Assembly (NCBI GenBank): GCA_001795615.1
Contig: MGKI01000006.1
Coordinates: 3,636 to 67,635, forward strand
Length of the DNA: 64,000 nucleotides
Source of the DNA: Candidatus Yanofskybacteria bacterium RIFCSPLOWO2_01_FULL_42_49
Lineage (GTDB): Bacteria; Patescibacteriota; Minisyncoccia; 2-02-FULL-40-12; GWA2-44-9
Direction of reading: 5' to 3'
Part shown: positions 51,236 to 62,125 of the stretch, piece after piece
How the letters are laid out: each line of letters starts with the position of its first letter
Position numbering within the stretch: position 1 is the first letter of the stretch
Position numbers and translations under genes: made by a program
Notes under the pieces: model-generated
What the model was told of the DNA's origin: nothing
The model's input: the letters and a program-made list of their open reading frames with translations, nothing else
The model's database searches: none

Positions 51236-52267
51236 TTATGCCTCGCGGATTGCCGCTTCTTTGATTTTACCTAAAATTTCCCGCTCCACTTTAGGATTAT
51301 CTTTGAGAAACAGTCGCGAACCGTCTATACCCTGGCCGAGTTTTATCGGCTCGCCACCTGCCTGTCCGGTAGGCAGGTAGTTGTACCAGCTTCCCGCCTT
51401 AGCCACTATGCCGTATTTAACTCCGGCGTTAACAATATCGGAATACTTTGAGATGCCTTCATTGTATAGAATGTCGAATTCGCAAGTTCTGAACGGAGGC
51501 GCGACTTTATTTTTCACCACTTTCACCTTAACCCTGTTCCCAACGATCTTCTCCCCTGCCTGGATTTGAGCGGCGCGCCTGACTTCTATCCTGACCGAGG
51601 AGTAAAATTTAAGTGCCAATCCTCCAGGAGTCGTTTCCGGATTGCCAAACATTATACCTATTTTGTGTCTGATCTGATTTATAAACAGGACTGTCGTGTT
51701 CGCCTTTGCCACTATCGCCGTGAGTTTTCTCAATGCATGAGACATCAACCGTGCTTGCCCTCCGACATGCTGCTGATCCATCTCTCCTTCTATTTCAGCC
51801 CGAGGCGTAAGAGCCGCCACAGAGTCAACAACAATTAAGTCAACCCCTCCGGACTTAACAAGAGACTCGACAATGTCTAACGCTTGCTCGCCGGTATCCG
51901 GTTGGGATATCAAAAGCTGATCAGTCTTAACCCCAATTTTTTTAGCGTATTCCGGATCAAGCGCATGCTCTGCGTCAACATAAGCCGCTACTCCACCCAT
52001 TTTTTGCATTTCAGATACCACATGAAGAGCAAGAGTCGTCTTGCCGGAGCTTTCCGGTCCGTAAACTTCTACCACCCTGCCCCGTGGAATTCCACCCACA
52101 CCAAGCGCCAAATCCAAAGATATTGAACCGGTAGGGATAGCATCTATATCGACATGCTTCACCTCGCCTAATCTCATTATTGACCCTTCGCCGTATTTCT
52201 CCTGAAGTTCTTTAACGGCCAGATCAACCTGCTTTGACTTTGACTCGTCAGTTTGTTTTTTTACCAT
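51236..52267 (-). CDS. recA: Recombinase RecA
   Basis: [51 protein letters not shown]. Confidence 0.99.
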   Translation of the reverse strand: MVKKQTDESKSKQVDLAVKELQEKYGEGSIMRLGEVKHVDIDAIPTGSISLDLALGVGGIPRGRVVEVYGPESSGKTTLALHVVSEMQKMGGVAAYVDAEHALDPEYAKKIGVKTDQLLISQPDTGEQALDIVESLVKSGGVDLIVVDSVAALTPRAEIEGEMDQQHVGGQARLMSHALRKLTAIVAKANTTVLFINQIRHKIGIMFGNPETTPGGLALKFYSSVRIEVRRAAQIQAGEKIVGNRVKVKVVKNKVAPPFRTCEFDILYNEGISKYSDIVNAGVKYGIVAKAGSWYNYLPTGQAGGEPIKLGQGIDGSRLFLKDNPKVEREILGKIKEAAIREA

Positions 52268-52376
52268 TTTATAAAACGCTCCCCCAGCGTTTGAGTTTAA
52301 ATTAACTTTATTATTTTATAAAAATCCAAACAAAAAAGCAATGCCTTCTAAAAAACGCTGAAGCGAGCCATTCCTA

Positions 52377-52557
52377 AATTTAATCATTTGACGAACCGAG
52401 GGTATTTATGAAGATAGCCCTGATTTTATCCGATAATCATAGGTCGAGCGCTGAACGATAGTGAAGAGGCAAGCGAGGTTTACCTGTGATTATCGGCCAT
52501 AAAATCAGGGCTATTCTGCAATGAATACCCGAAGGTGAGGAAGTTGATTTAAATTTG
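52377..52557 (+). repeat. ~180-nt long hairpin/palindromic element between ftsK and recA
   Basis: ATAGCCCTGATTTTAT/ATAAAATCAGGGCTAT and CCGATAATCATAGGT/ACCTGTGATTATCGG stems; outer GGGTATT/AATACCC. Confidence 0.8.
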
Positions 52558-52569
52558 GGGTGGTGAGCT

Positions 52570-54762
52570 TTATTCTTCTCTTTCTGCTTCCGGCGTATCC
52601 GCTGATATTCCAGTTGCCTCAACAACAGGCCCACCTTCACCTTCATGTTTTATGTATACTTCTCTTGGCTTGGCTCCGTCACCGGGTCCGATAACGCCTT
52701 TCTCTTCAAGAATATCCAACAGTCGAGCCGCACGGGCATAACCAACTTTAAGCCGCCTCTGAAGCAACGAGGCTGATGCTTTACCGGCCAGAGTTATGAC
52801 TTCTTTAGCGTCGTTATATAGCTCGTCGTCGGCGTCGTCTTCTCCTCCAAATCCATGGCCGCCGATACTTGCCTGCGTATTAAAATCAATCTTGAGATCA
52901 TTTTCTTCTTCGTCAGCGTCAACTGCTTCAGCTTGGGTCTTAAGAAACTTAACCACATCCTTGACCTCTCGTTCCGTAACCAAAGCTCCCTGCAAACGCC
53001 TTGGTTTTGCAGTATCGCTTGATAAGAAAAGCATATCGCCTCGGCCAAGAAGCTTCTCCGCCCCAGCCATATCCAAAATCGTTCTTGAGTCAACTTGGCT
53101 GGCCACCTGAAACGCGATTCTTGAAGTTATATTAGCCTTGATAAGACCGGTGATAACTTCCACCGACGGTCTCTGCGTAGATACTATCAAATGAATACCG
53201 ACGGCCCTGGACATTTGAGCCAGACGGACAATCGCCGCCTCCACATCCCTGCCGTAAGAAGCCATTAGGTCTGCGAGTTCGTCGATAACTATAATCAATA
53301 AGGGCATAATAGATTCCTTGCGTTCAGACATTTTGGCATTATGTGAAAATATATCCCGACAGCTTGTCTTGGAAAGCTGGTCATATCGCCTGTCCATCTC
53401 ATTAACCGCCCACTTCAAAGCGCCAAGCACTTTTTTATTGTCGGTAATAACGGGGGTAACTAAGTGCGGAATATCGTTGTATAAAGTCAGCTCGACTCTT
53501 TTGGGATCAACCAATATCATTTTCAAAACATCAGGCGAATGCTTGTATAACAAAGACAACAAGATTGAATTGATGTTCACTGATTTGCCGGTGCCCGTAG
53601 CTCCAGCGATAAGGAAGTGAGGCATCTTTTCAAGGCCGGCGAAAATAGGATTACCGGAAACATCCTTGCCCAAAGCGAGAGGCATAAAGAATTTTGATTT
53701 CTTGTATTCTTCGTGTTCAAACATCCCTCGAAGACCGACAATGGCAACTTTTCTGTTGGGGACTTCTATGCCAACAAGTGACTTGCCGGGAATAGGCGCC
53801 TCTATCCTTATGGGGTGAGACGCCAGAGCCAAAGACAAGTCGGAATTAAGAGCGCCGATGCGCGAGAGTTTAACTCCCATCGCCGGCCGCAGAGTATATT
53901 GAGTAACTGTCGGACCAACCGAAACCTCGCCCATTTCCACATCTATGCCAAAGTTGGCCAATGTCCTCTTAATAATATTCGCGCTTGCGTTAATGTCGCC
54001 CGTAAGCGCTTGCTCCTGATCGTCGTTCAACAAGTCCATCGGGGGCAAAGTCCACTTTCCCTTTCTCAAATTTTTAATGACAAATTCCCTATCCGGTTCA
54101 ATGTTAGTCTGTCGAACGGGCTTAGCAACCGGAGCCGGCTTAGAAATCTGGGGTCTTTTTTCATCAATCACCTCGTTGCCTCTTTTTATGACTATTTTGT
54201 CGACAAGCTCTTCTTCTTTGTTCTCTTTCCCCAGCAACCTGTGAATCGGAATATTCAAAGCGACAAGCATGGCAATGATAATTAAAACCAATAGAATAAT
54301 CAGGGACGCGATGAACCCAACCGAATTAAGCAGAGGGAAGCCCAAAACAATGCCCAAATATCCGCCTTGGGTTAACCTAATATCGAAGTTACCGCCGCCG
54401 AATATATAAAACAAGGCAAGAAAGGAGAAAACGAACAAAGCCGTCCCGAAAACCGCGCTATGATATATCTGCCTTGAAATTGATTTGATGAAAGATGCGC
54501 CGAGGATTATGAAGGCGACGGGAATGATAAAAAACCCCCAGCCGAAAAGCGATTTGGCGGCAATGGCAAATAAAACACCGGCAGTCCCGGCCTTGCCGGC
54601 AAAACTTAGTATGCTCAAAGCGGCCAAGCTTAAACTCAATATACCCCAGATGCTGTTCTTGGTTTCCTGGGATATATCAAATCTGGAAACAGCGGATTCT
54701 GCCCGCTGTTTGGCGGTTTCTTTAACTTTCTGCTTTTTATCTGCTTTTTTCCGTCGTATCAT
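52570..54762 (-). CDS. ftsK: DNA translocase FtsK/SpoIIIE
   Basis: N-terminal TMs, GPTVTQY, AGATGTGKS, DELADLM, STQRPS, GAEKLLGRGDML, gamma domain LQRRLKVGYARAAR. Confidence 0.98.
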   Translation of the reverse strand: MIRRKKADKKQKVKETAKQRAESAVSRFDISQETKNSIWGILSLSLAALSILSFAGKAGTAGVLFAIAAKSLFGWGFFIIPVAFIILGASFIKSISRQIYHSAVFGTALFVFSFLALFYIFGGGNFDIRLTQGGYLGIVLGFPLLNSVGFIASLIILLVLIIIAMLVALNIPIHRLLGKENKEEELVDKIVIKRGNEVIDEKRPQISKPAPVAKPVRQTNIEPDREFVIKNLRKGKWTLPPMDLLNDDQEQALTGDINASANIIKRTLANFGIDVEMGEVSVGPTVTQYTLRPAMGVKLSRIGALNSDLSLALASHPIRIEAPIPGKSLVGIEVPNRKVAIVGLRGMFEHEEYKKSKFFMPLALGKDVSGNPIFAGLEKMPHFLIAGATGTGKSVNINSILLSLLYKHSPDVLKMILVDPKRVELTLYNDIPHLVTPVITDNKKVLGALKWAVNEMDRRYDQLSKTSCRDIFSHNAKMSERKESIMPLLIIVIDELADLMASYGRDVEAAIVRLAQMSRAVGIHLIVSTQRPSVEVITGLIKANITSRIAFQVASQVDSRTILDMAGAEKLLGRGDMLFLSSDTAKPRRLQGALVTEREVKDVVKFLKTQAEAVDADEEENDLKIDFNTQASIGGHGFGGEDDADDELYNDAKEVITLAGKASASLLQRRLKVGYARAARLLDILEEKGVIGPGDGAKPREVYIKHEGEGGPVVEATGISADTPEAEREE

Positions 54763-54858
54763 TCGAATTAGTATTAAGTGTTATGTGTTAAGTATATAGT
54801 ATTGGGGCTAGTTTAATCAAGGAAAACAAAAATCGGCCTTGAGAGCCGATTTTTAAAA

Positions 54859-57800
54859 CTACTCCAGATCTGCCCCCAATCCCGTCCCTGCCGGTATCAA
54901 CCGGCCGATGATGACATTTTCTTTGAGACCTTTGAGCATGTCTTCTTTGCCGACAGTAGCGCTGTCTATCAAAATTCTTGCAGTCTCTTGGAATGACGCG
55001 GCAGACAAGAAGCTGTCTGTGGTTAATGAAACTTTAGTGATTCCCTGTAGTAATTGTTCAGCAGTCGCCTCTTGTTTTTTATTTTGCTTTGCCCTTTCAT
55101 TTTCCTGCCAAAGCCGTTTCTTCTCAACAACATCGCCGGACAAAAGGTCCGTATCGCCGGGATTCATGACCTTAACCCTTGAAAACATCATTCTCACGAT
55201 TAACTCAACATGCTTGTCGTTAATACTGTCGCCCGTCGGATAGTAAATGGCCTGTACTTCTCTGATAATATACCGGGCAACCATGTCAATATCATTTGTC
55301 GTAGCAAACAATTCTTTCAGGTCCACATGCCCTTCGCTTAATTGCTGGCCGACCGAAACCAGATCTCCTCTGGTTACGGATACGGATAAGTTAGGCGCAA
55401 TTGCATATTCTTTCTTTTCCCCGTCATTTGTCTCGACGGTTATAATTTTCTGTTTACCGGTGTCTTCAACCGATAGTACTTTTCCGTCCACATCAGCTAC
55501 CAGCGCCTTAAACTGGGGCGGCCTTGCTTCAAATATTTCTTCAACGCGAGGAAGACCCATGGTAATGTCAGCGCCGCCGGCAACACCGCCGGTATGGAAT
55601 GTTCTCATCGTAAGCTGGGTTCCCGGTTCACCTATGGCTTGGGCGGTAACGATACCTACGGCCTCACCTGATTTTACCAATTTGCCTTTTGACAGATCAT
55701 AGCCATAGCAAAGGCGACAAATACCGTCCAAGGCCTTACATTTGATGAGAGACCTGATCCTGGCCCTATCTATCCCGGCTTCATCGACTTTTCTTGAAGC
55801 CTCCTTGTCAACGATTTTTCCTTTTTTGACGATAACTTCGCCATTTTTATCTAGCAAGTCTTCGAGCACAACCCGACCCTTTATTCTTCTACCTAAACTT
55901 TCTCCGCTTATCTTGCTGTCCTCCGCGTAAATCGTATAACCCTCTTTATCTTTGCAATCGTCCTCAAGCACAACCACGCTTTGCGCAACATCAACTAACT
56001 TTCTGGTAAGATATCCGGCGGTGGCTGTTTTAAGAGCCGTATCCACCAAACCCTTCCTGGCGCCGTGAGTCGATATGAAATATTCAAGAGATGTCAGTCC
56101 TTCTTTCAATGAATTCCTCACTGGCAACTCTATGAGCTCTCCGGCCGGATTGGCAAAAATTCCTCTCATACCCATCAACTGGTCAATTACGGACCAAGTG
56201 CCTCTTGATTTGGAATCAACAAGCAGGAAGGCCGGATCTTGTCCGCCAAGCTGTTGTTTTACCAAAGATGACAATCTGGACTTTGCGTTATTCCATATTT
56301 CAATTGCCTTTGATTTTCTTTCGTATTCAGTCAAAAGGCCTTCGTCATATAGACGCCTGTTTTCTTCAATGGAGTTATCGGCTTCTTCAATGATCTTCTT
56401 TTTCTCCGGCGGTATTTTCAAATCACCCATGCCCCATGAGACACCCGAAACCGTGGCATAGTGAAATCCTATGTCTTTGACCTTATCCAAAAATTCTACC
56501 GTTGTTTCTTCGCCATATTCGTCCCAAATATCGGAACCTATGGATCTCAAATCGGGCTTGGTAAGAACTTTATTAACATACTTGAATTCTTTCGGCAGAG
56601 TTTTGTTGAAGATTATCCGTCCGGGGGTTGTCTCTATCATCTTTGTCTCTTTGTCATTGTCCTTATAATCAGGATTGGGAACTTTTATCATGGCCCTTAG
56701 GTCGATAAAGTCGTTTTCAAACGCCAACAGCGCTTCGTACCGTGAAGAAAATACTTTACCCTTGCCTTTTGCATTTTCCAAAACACTGGTTAGATAATAA
56801 ATGCCGAACGACATGTCATGGCTTGGCGAAGCAACAGGCTCGCCCGTAGCCGGCTTAAGGATCCCGTGGGAAGAAAGCATTAAGTCTCTGGCCTCGCGCT
56901 GGGCATCATCCGTCAACGGCAAATGGACGGCCATTTGGTCGCCGTCAAAGTCAGCATTAAAAGCGTGAGTCGGAAGAGCGGGAATTTTTATCGCCTTACC
57001 TTCAATAAGAGTCGGCCTAAACGCTTGAACCGATAAGCGGTGCAAAGTCGGAGCTCGGTTAAGCAATACGAGTTTGCCGGCCATAGCTTCTTCCAAAGCC
57101 GCCCAGACATCAGGTGTTTCCTGTTCTATCAAGCGGCTGGCTGATTTAATATTATGGGCCAGTTCTTTTCTTATTAAAATTCCAATAACAAAAGGCTTGA
57201 ATAACTCCAAAGCCATGCGCTTTGGAAGACCGCATTCGGCAATGCCCAATTCCGGTCCGATGACAATAACGCTCCGGCCGGAGTAATCTACCCGTTTACC
57301 GAGAAGATTTTGCCTGAATCTCCCCTGTTTGCCTTTCAACATGTCGGCAAGAGAACGAAGCGCTCTTTTCTGTCCCGTAGAAGCGGCGGTGGTGATTTGT
57401 CCTCTTCTCATTGAATTGTCTATGAGAGCATCAACCGCCTCCTGAAGCATTCTTTTTTCATTCTTGGTGATAACCTCCGGAGCCTTGAGTTCTAATAAAT
57501 GCTTTAATCGGTTGTTCCTGTTTATCACCCTTCTATAGAGATCGTTCAGGTCTGATGTTGCGTAGCGTCCGCCATCTAAAGGAACCATCGGCCTTAAGGC
57601 CGGCGGAATAACCGGCAAGGTGGTCAATATCATCCATTCGGGCCTTATGCCCGCTTTTTGCATGCCTTTTATAAATCTCATCCTCCTGGATAACTTTTTA
57701 TATTCAAGAGGGTTAGTTTCTCCTTTGATCTCGCTTTCTATGTCTGTAATCAAATCATCGAAGTCAATCTCCTCCAGCAACCGCTTGACCGCTTCGGCTC

Positions 57801-58422
57801 CTATACCGGCTTCAAAAACCTCTCCATACTTCAAAGACAAGTCCCGGAAATCAAGTTCCGATATAACTTGATACCTGCGGAGGTTTTTGAGGTTGTTTTT
57901 CTCCCGGTCTTTTAACTCCTTGAGCGATTCTTCTTCGGTTTCGTTTTTAGCGCTCTTTATCTTTGACTTGAATTCGCTTTCTATTCTTTTCATCGCCTCA
58001 GCTTTCAAATCTTCGTCAACTTTCATCACAACATAACTTGCAAAATATATAACTCTTTCAATCTCCTGAAGGCCGACTCCGAGCACGGTGGCGACTTTAG
58101 ACGGCACGCCTCTCATAAACCAAATATGAGCAACGGGCGCGGCAAGTTTAATGTGGCCCATTCTTTCCCTTCTAACAATGGACCTCGTAACCTCAACGCC
58201 GCATCTGTCGCAGACAATGCCTTTGTACCTTATCCTCTTATATTTTCCGCAGTAACATTCCCAGTCTTTAACCGGCCCAAAAATAGCCTCGGAAAAAAGG
58301 CCGTCTCTCTCCGGTTTCTGAGTTCGGTAGTTTATAGTCTCTGGTTTCGTGACTTCGCCGTATGACCAAGACAAAATATCCTCAGGAGACGCTATTTTTA
58401 GTTTTATAGATGATAAGTCCAT
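54859..58422 (-). CDS. rpoC: RNA polymerase beta' subunit
   Basis: KPETINYRT, NADFDGDQMAVH, GEPGTQLTMRTFH, LKENVIIG. Confidence 0.99.
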   Translation of the reverse strand: MDLSSIKLKIASPEDILSWSYGEVTKPETINYRTQKPERDGLFSEAIFGPVKDWECYCGKYKRIRYKGIVCDRCGVEVTRSIVRRERMGHIKLAAPVAHIWFMRGVPSKVATVLGVGLQEIERVIYFASYVVMKVDEDLKAEAMKRIESEFKSKIKSAKNETEEESLKELKDREKNNLKNLRRYQVISELDFRDLSLKYGEVFEAGIGAEAVKRLLEEIDFDDLITDIESEIKGETNPLEYKKLSRRMRFIKGMQKAGIRPEWMILTTLPVIPPALRPMVPLDGGRYATSDLNDLYRRVINRNNRLKHLLELKAPEVITKNEKRMLQEAVDALIDNSMRRGQITTAASTGQKRALRSLADMLKGKQGRFRQNLLGKRVDYSGRSVIVIGPELGIAECGLPKRMALELFKPFVIGILIRKELAHNIKSASRLIEQETPDVWAALEEAMAGKLVLLNRAPTLHRLSVQAFRPTLIEGKAIKIPALPTHAFNADFDGDQMAVHLPLTDDAQREARDLMLSSHGILKPATGEPVASPSHDMSFGIYYLTSVLENAKGKGKVFSSRYEALLAFENDFIDLRAMIKVPNPDYKDNDKETKMIETTPGRIIFNKTLPKEFKYVNKVLTKPDLRSIGSDIWDEYGEETTVEFLDKVKDIGFHYATVSGVSWGMGDLKIPPEKKKIIEEADNSIEENRRLYDEGLLTEYERKSKAIEIWNNAKSRLSSLVKQQLGGQDPAFLLVDSKSRGTWSVIDQLMGMRGIFANPAGELIELPVRNSLKEGLTSLEYFISTHGARKGLVDTALKTATAGYLTRKLVDVAQSVVVLEDDCKDKEGYTIYAEDSKISGESLGRRIKGRVVLEDLLDKNGEVIVKKGKIVDKEASRKVDEAGIDRARIRSLIKCKALDGICRLCYGYDLSKGKLVKSGEAVGIVTAQAIGEPGTQLTMRTFHTGGVAGGADITMGLPRVEEIFEARPPQFKALVADVDGKVLSVEDTGKQKIITVETNDGEKKEYAIAPNLSVSVTRGDLVSVGQQLSEGHVDLKELFATTNDIDMVARYIIREVQAIYYPTGDSINDKHVELIVRMMFSRVKVMNPGDTDLLSGDVVEKKRLWQENERAKQNKKQEATAEQLLQGITKVSLTTDSFLSAASFQETARILIDSATVGKEDMLKGLKENVIIGRLIPAGTGLGADLE

Positions 58423-58493
58423 CAGGTTTTAGGTTTTAGGTTTTAGGTTTTAGGTTTTTTTAACCTAGTCACCTAACACCTAGCACCTAGAAG
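58423..58493. repeat. Tandem (GGTTTTA)n and (CACCTAG)-like heptamer repeats between rpoB and rpoC
   Basis: Four tandem GGTTTTA units then ACCTAGT/CACCTAA/CACCTAG units. Confidence 0.8.
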
Positions 58494-61400
58494 CTATTTC
58501 TCAATTAATTCCACGTTCAATCCTAACCCCTTAATTTCCGACAGCAAGACTTTAAATGATTCCGGCAAATGCGGGGCCCTTATTTCTTCTCCGTTAACTA
58601 TTGATTCATAGGTTTTTGCCCTTCCAAGCACATCGTCAGATTTTATCGTAAGCATTTCCTGCAAAGTATAAGCAGCACCATAGCCTTCAAGGGCCCACAC
58701 TTCCATTTCTCCAAATCTTTGGCCACCAAACTGCGCCTTGCCTCCAAGGGGCTGCTGAGTAATCAACGAGTAGGGGCCGATGGACCTCATATGAAGCTTG
58801 TCCTCAACCATGTGGCTCAATTTCATAAAGTAAGTGATGCCAACGGTTGATTTCTGTCCAAAAGGCAATCCAGTCTTTCCGTCAAAAAGCTGCATCTTTC
58901 CGTCAACGGGAAAACCGGCCTTTTTTAATTCCTCCATAATAAGCTCCTCCGACGGCCCTGCCATGGCCGGTGTCGCGGCTTTATAGCCAAGTTTTTTAGC
59001 GGCTATCCCCAAGTGAGCTTCAAGCACCTGTCCGATATTCATACGGGAAATAATGCCCAGAGGACTCAATACAATGTCAACCGGGGTGCCGTCTTCAAGA
59101 AAGGGTAAATCTTCTTCCGGTAAAATGACGGATATGACTCCTTTGTTGCCGTGACGGCCAGCGAGTTTGTCTCCTATTTGAACCTTCCTAAGCTGTGCCA
59201 CCGATACTTGTATTTTTTTGATAACTCCCACATCCAGTTTGTCCCCTTCATCTCTTGAAAATGTTTTAACGCCGACAACCCTGCCCTGCTTTCCGTAATC
59301 AAGACGAAGCGAAGTGTCTTTAACATCTCGGGATTTCTCTCCAAATATGGCCTTCAAGAGCCGTTCTTCTGCGGTAAGATCGCTTTCGCCCTTTGGAGAT
59401 ATTTTGCCGATAAGAATATCCTGCGATCTGACTTCGGCGCCTATTCTTACCACGCCGTCGGGATCAAGGTCATTTAGCCGCTCCATCGCTACATTCGGAA
59501 TATCATAAGTCGTTATCTCTGGCCCCAACTTTGTTTCTCTCACATCGCAGATATAGTCCTCGACATGTATGCTTGAAAATACATCTTCTTTTATCAATCG
59601 CTCTGAAATAACAATGGCATCCTCAAAATTAGATCCCTCAAAAGACATATACGCAACAACTAAATTGGCGCCTAAAGCCAACTCGCCCTTCTCAGTAGAA
59701 GGACCGTCGGCCAGTACTTGCCCTTTTTTAACTTTTTCGCCTCTTGCAACCAACGGTCTTTGATTTATTGATGTAAATTTATTTGACTTAGCAAATTTTA
59801 GAAGTTTAAATTCATGCTTTTTGCCCTTATCTGACTCAAAAACAATATGAGAAGCATCGACTTCTTTAATGGTTCCGTTTTCGGGAGCAATTACCATAAC
59901 GCCCGAATCAACAGCAACTCTTGATTCAAGACCAGTTCCGACAAAAGGCGATTCGGGTTTTATCAAAGGTACAGCTTGTCTCTGCATATTGGAACCCATC
60001 AGAGCCCTGTTGGCATCGTCATGCTCTAAGAATGGAATGAGAGAGGTAGACACTGAAAATTGCTGCTTTGGAGAAACATCCATATAGTTAATATCTTTGG
60101 GTTCAGCCGTGCCCGGTTCTCCGTGAATACGGGCAGTTACTTTGTCGCCGACAAGATTATTGTCTTTATCAAGAGGAGCTCCTGCTGAAGCAATAATAAA
60201 TTTCTCTTCTTCCACGGCATCCATATATTCTATTTCGTCGGTAACCTTTCCTTTGGTTACTTTTCTGTACGGGGTAAGAATAAAGCCGAGATCTGATATT
60301 TTTGAATACAGGGCAAGGTGGCCCACAAGACCTATGTTCGGACCTTCCGGAGTAGCAATGGGACAAATTCTTCCATAATGAGAAGGGTGGACATCTCTTA
60401 CCTCAAAACTGGCCCTCTCTCTGGTAAGACCGCCCGGACCAAGAGCTGACAACCTTCGTTTGTGTTCAAGTTCTGATAAAGGATTATCCTGATCCATAAA
60501 TTGAGACAACTGGCCGGATGAGAAAAATTCTTTCAAAGCCGCCACAAAAGGCCTTGCGTTTATAAGCTGGGATGGCAGAACGGTTGCAAGGTCTGATGTG
60601 CTCATTCTGTCTTTGATAATCCTTTCCATTCGAGCAAAAGCAATTCTTAACCGGTCCTGAAGCAACTCACCGAGAGTTTTAACTCTCCTGTTGCCCAAGT
60701 GGTCTATATTATCGGGTTGCGCAGAAGGATCGTTGTTTAAACGGATAATTTCTCTGAGAATGTTAACAATATCTTTTGCCCGGAGAACACGATCCTCAGC
60801 TTTATCTACAATTAAGTTCTCTCCGAATCTCTTGTTCATTCTAAAACGGCCAACTTTGGACAAATCATATCTGGAGGGATTGAAAAAAAGATTATGGACC
60901 ATCTGCTTTGCATTATCCGGAGTCGCCGGATCACCGGGTCTTATGCGCTTATAAAGCTCAATAAACCCTTCCTCCTCATTAGAAGAGGGGTCTTGCAGAA
61001 TAGTCGCAAGTATATACTTAACATTGGGGTCTGTGTCTACATCGGCAAATAATTTCTTTATTTCCTCGTCGTCTTTAATCCCAAACGCCCTTAAAAGCGC
61101 TGTGGCGGCAACTTTTCTTTTTCGGTCTATTCTTACAGAAATAACTCCGTTATACTCTGTTTCAAATTCAAGCCACGCGCCTCTTGATGGAATTAGTTTT
61201 GCTCCAAAAAATCTTTTATACCTGCTTGATCTGGATAGAGAAAAGAACGCGCCGGGACTCCTGATAAGCTGTGAAATGACAACCCTCTCAATGCCATTTA
61301 TAATAAAAGTTCCTCTTTGAGTCATTAGAGGAAAGTCGGTGAGAAAAAGTTCCTGATCTCTTTCTTGTCCCGTTTTCTTGTCGATCAGCCGTATTTTAAC

Positions 61401-61655
61401 TTTCAGAGGAGCCTCATGTGTAATGTTCTTTTCTATGGATGTCCTCTCGTCGTATTTGGGCTCGTCTAATTTATAATCTAAAAAGTGGAGTTCGAGTTCT
61501 TTATTGGTCCAGTCTTCAACCGGAGAAACTTCTTTCAACAGCTCCTTGAGTCCGTAATTTAAAAACCAATTATAAGAATCCAGCTGAACCTGAACAAGAT
61601 TTGGCGCTTCTGATTCTGAATAATTTGCTCCGTATTTTGAAAATATTTTACGCAT
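58494..61655 (-). CDS. rpoB: RNA polymerase beta subunit
   Basis: GTFIINGIERV, HYGRICPIATPEGPN, GDKLAGRHGNKGV, GGQRFGEMEVWALE; start refined to ATG 61655. Confidence 0.99.
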   Translation of the reverse strand: MRKIFSKYGANYSESEAPNLVQVQLDSYNWFLNYGLKELLKEVSPVEDWTNKELELHFLDYKLDEPKYDERTSIEKNITHEAPLKVKIRLIDKKTGQERDQELFLTDFPLMTQRGTFIINGIERVVISQLIRSPGAFFSLSRSSRYKRFFGAKLIPSRGAWLEFETEYNGVISVRIDRKRKVAATALLRAFGIKDDEEIKKLFADVDTDPNVKYILATILQDPSSNEEEGFIELYKRIRPGDPATPDNAKQMVHNLFFNPSRYDLSKVGRFRMNKRFGENLIVDKAEDRVLRAKDIVNILREIIRLNNDPSAQPDNIDHLGNRRVKTLGELLQDRLRIAFARMERIIKDRMSTSDLATVLPSQLINARPFVAALKEFFSSGQLSQFMDQDNPLSELEHKRRLSALGPGGLTRERASFEVRDVHPSHYGRICPIATPEGPNIGLVGHLALYSKISDLGFILTPYRKVTKGKVTDEIEYMDAVEEEKFIIASAGAPLDKDNNLVGDKVTARIHGEPGTAEPKDINYMDVSPKQQFSVSTSLIPFLEHDDANRALMGSNMQRQAVPLIKPESPFVGTGLESRVAVDSGVMVIAPENGTIKEVDASHIVFESDKGKKHEFKLLKFAKSNKFTSINQRPLVARGEKVKKGQVLADGPSTEKGELALGANLVVAYMSFEGSNFEDAIVISERLIKEDVFSSIHVEDYICDVRETKLGPEITTYDIPNVAMERLNDLDPDGVVRIGAEVRSQDILIGKISPKGESDLTAEERLLKAIFGEKSRDVKDTSLRLDYGKQGRVVGVKTFSRDEGDKLDVGVIKKIQVSVAQLRKVQIGDKLAGRHGNKGVISVILPEEDLPFLEDGTPVDIVLSPLGIISRMNIGQVLEAHLGIAAKKLGYKAATPAMAGPSEELIMEELKKAGFPVDGKMQLFDGKTGLPFGQKSTVGITYFMKLSHMVEDKLHMRSIGPYSLITQQPLGGKAQFGGQRFGEMEVWALEGYGAAYTLQEMLTIKSDDVLGRAKTYESIVNGEEIRAPHLPESFKVLLSEIKGLGLNVELIEK

Positions 61656-61866
61656 TTGGTGAAAATGGCCTTTTATTCTCCCTGGCGAGCTTGGAAGTTC
61701 CCGTACAGACAATAAAATAAATCCGCTATCGATAGCGTTACGGGATTTTTTATTTAATTTTAATTAAAGAAGCGAAACAATGGGCTGCTCAATTTAGCAA
61801 TTAAACAATCAAGCAATCGGATGCGAGTTTAGTATTTGTTAATTAAATTGTTTGGTTGTCTAGTTG

Positions 61867-62124
61867 TTAAATTATTAGAGCTTTCGCTACTGAAATGAGC
61901 AACATCCCCGCAAGGGATCCTGCCTCAATTTCCCCTTCTATTTCAACACTTTTTAAGGATAATCCTCCTATTTTATTCTTATGGAGAGCTTTGTCAAGGG
62001 TCCTTATCAACAGAATATCAAAACCTTGACCCACTGTCAAATGAGTGTCTGCTACAACTTTGTTTCCTTTTTTAAGTCGTATTTTAACAACTCCTGGTTT
62101 AGTAACATCAAAAATGACACTCAT
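61867..62124 (-). CDS. Short TsaB-N-terminal-like protein
   Basis: IFD.T, LLI..LDK.L....I....L..V...G...GS....LL.S.AKAL resembles the N-terminal half of TsaB/YeaZ. Confidence 0.5.
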   Translation of the reverse strand: MSVIFDVTKPGVVKIRLKKGNKVVADTHLTVGQGFDILLIRTLDKALHKNKIGGLSLKSVEIEGEIEAGSLAGMLLISVAKALII

Positions 62125-62125
62125 T

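Noticed and set aside
58423-58460. CRISPR array or telomere-like repeat
   Set aside because: Simple 7-bp tandem repeat with no spacers and no cas genes
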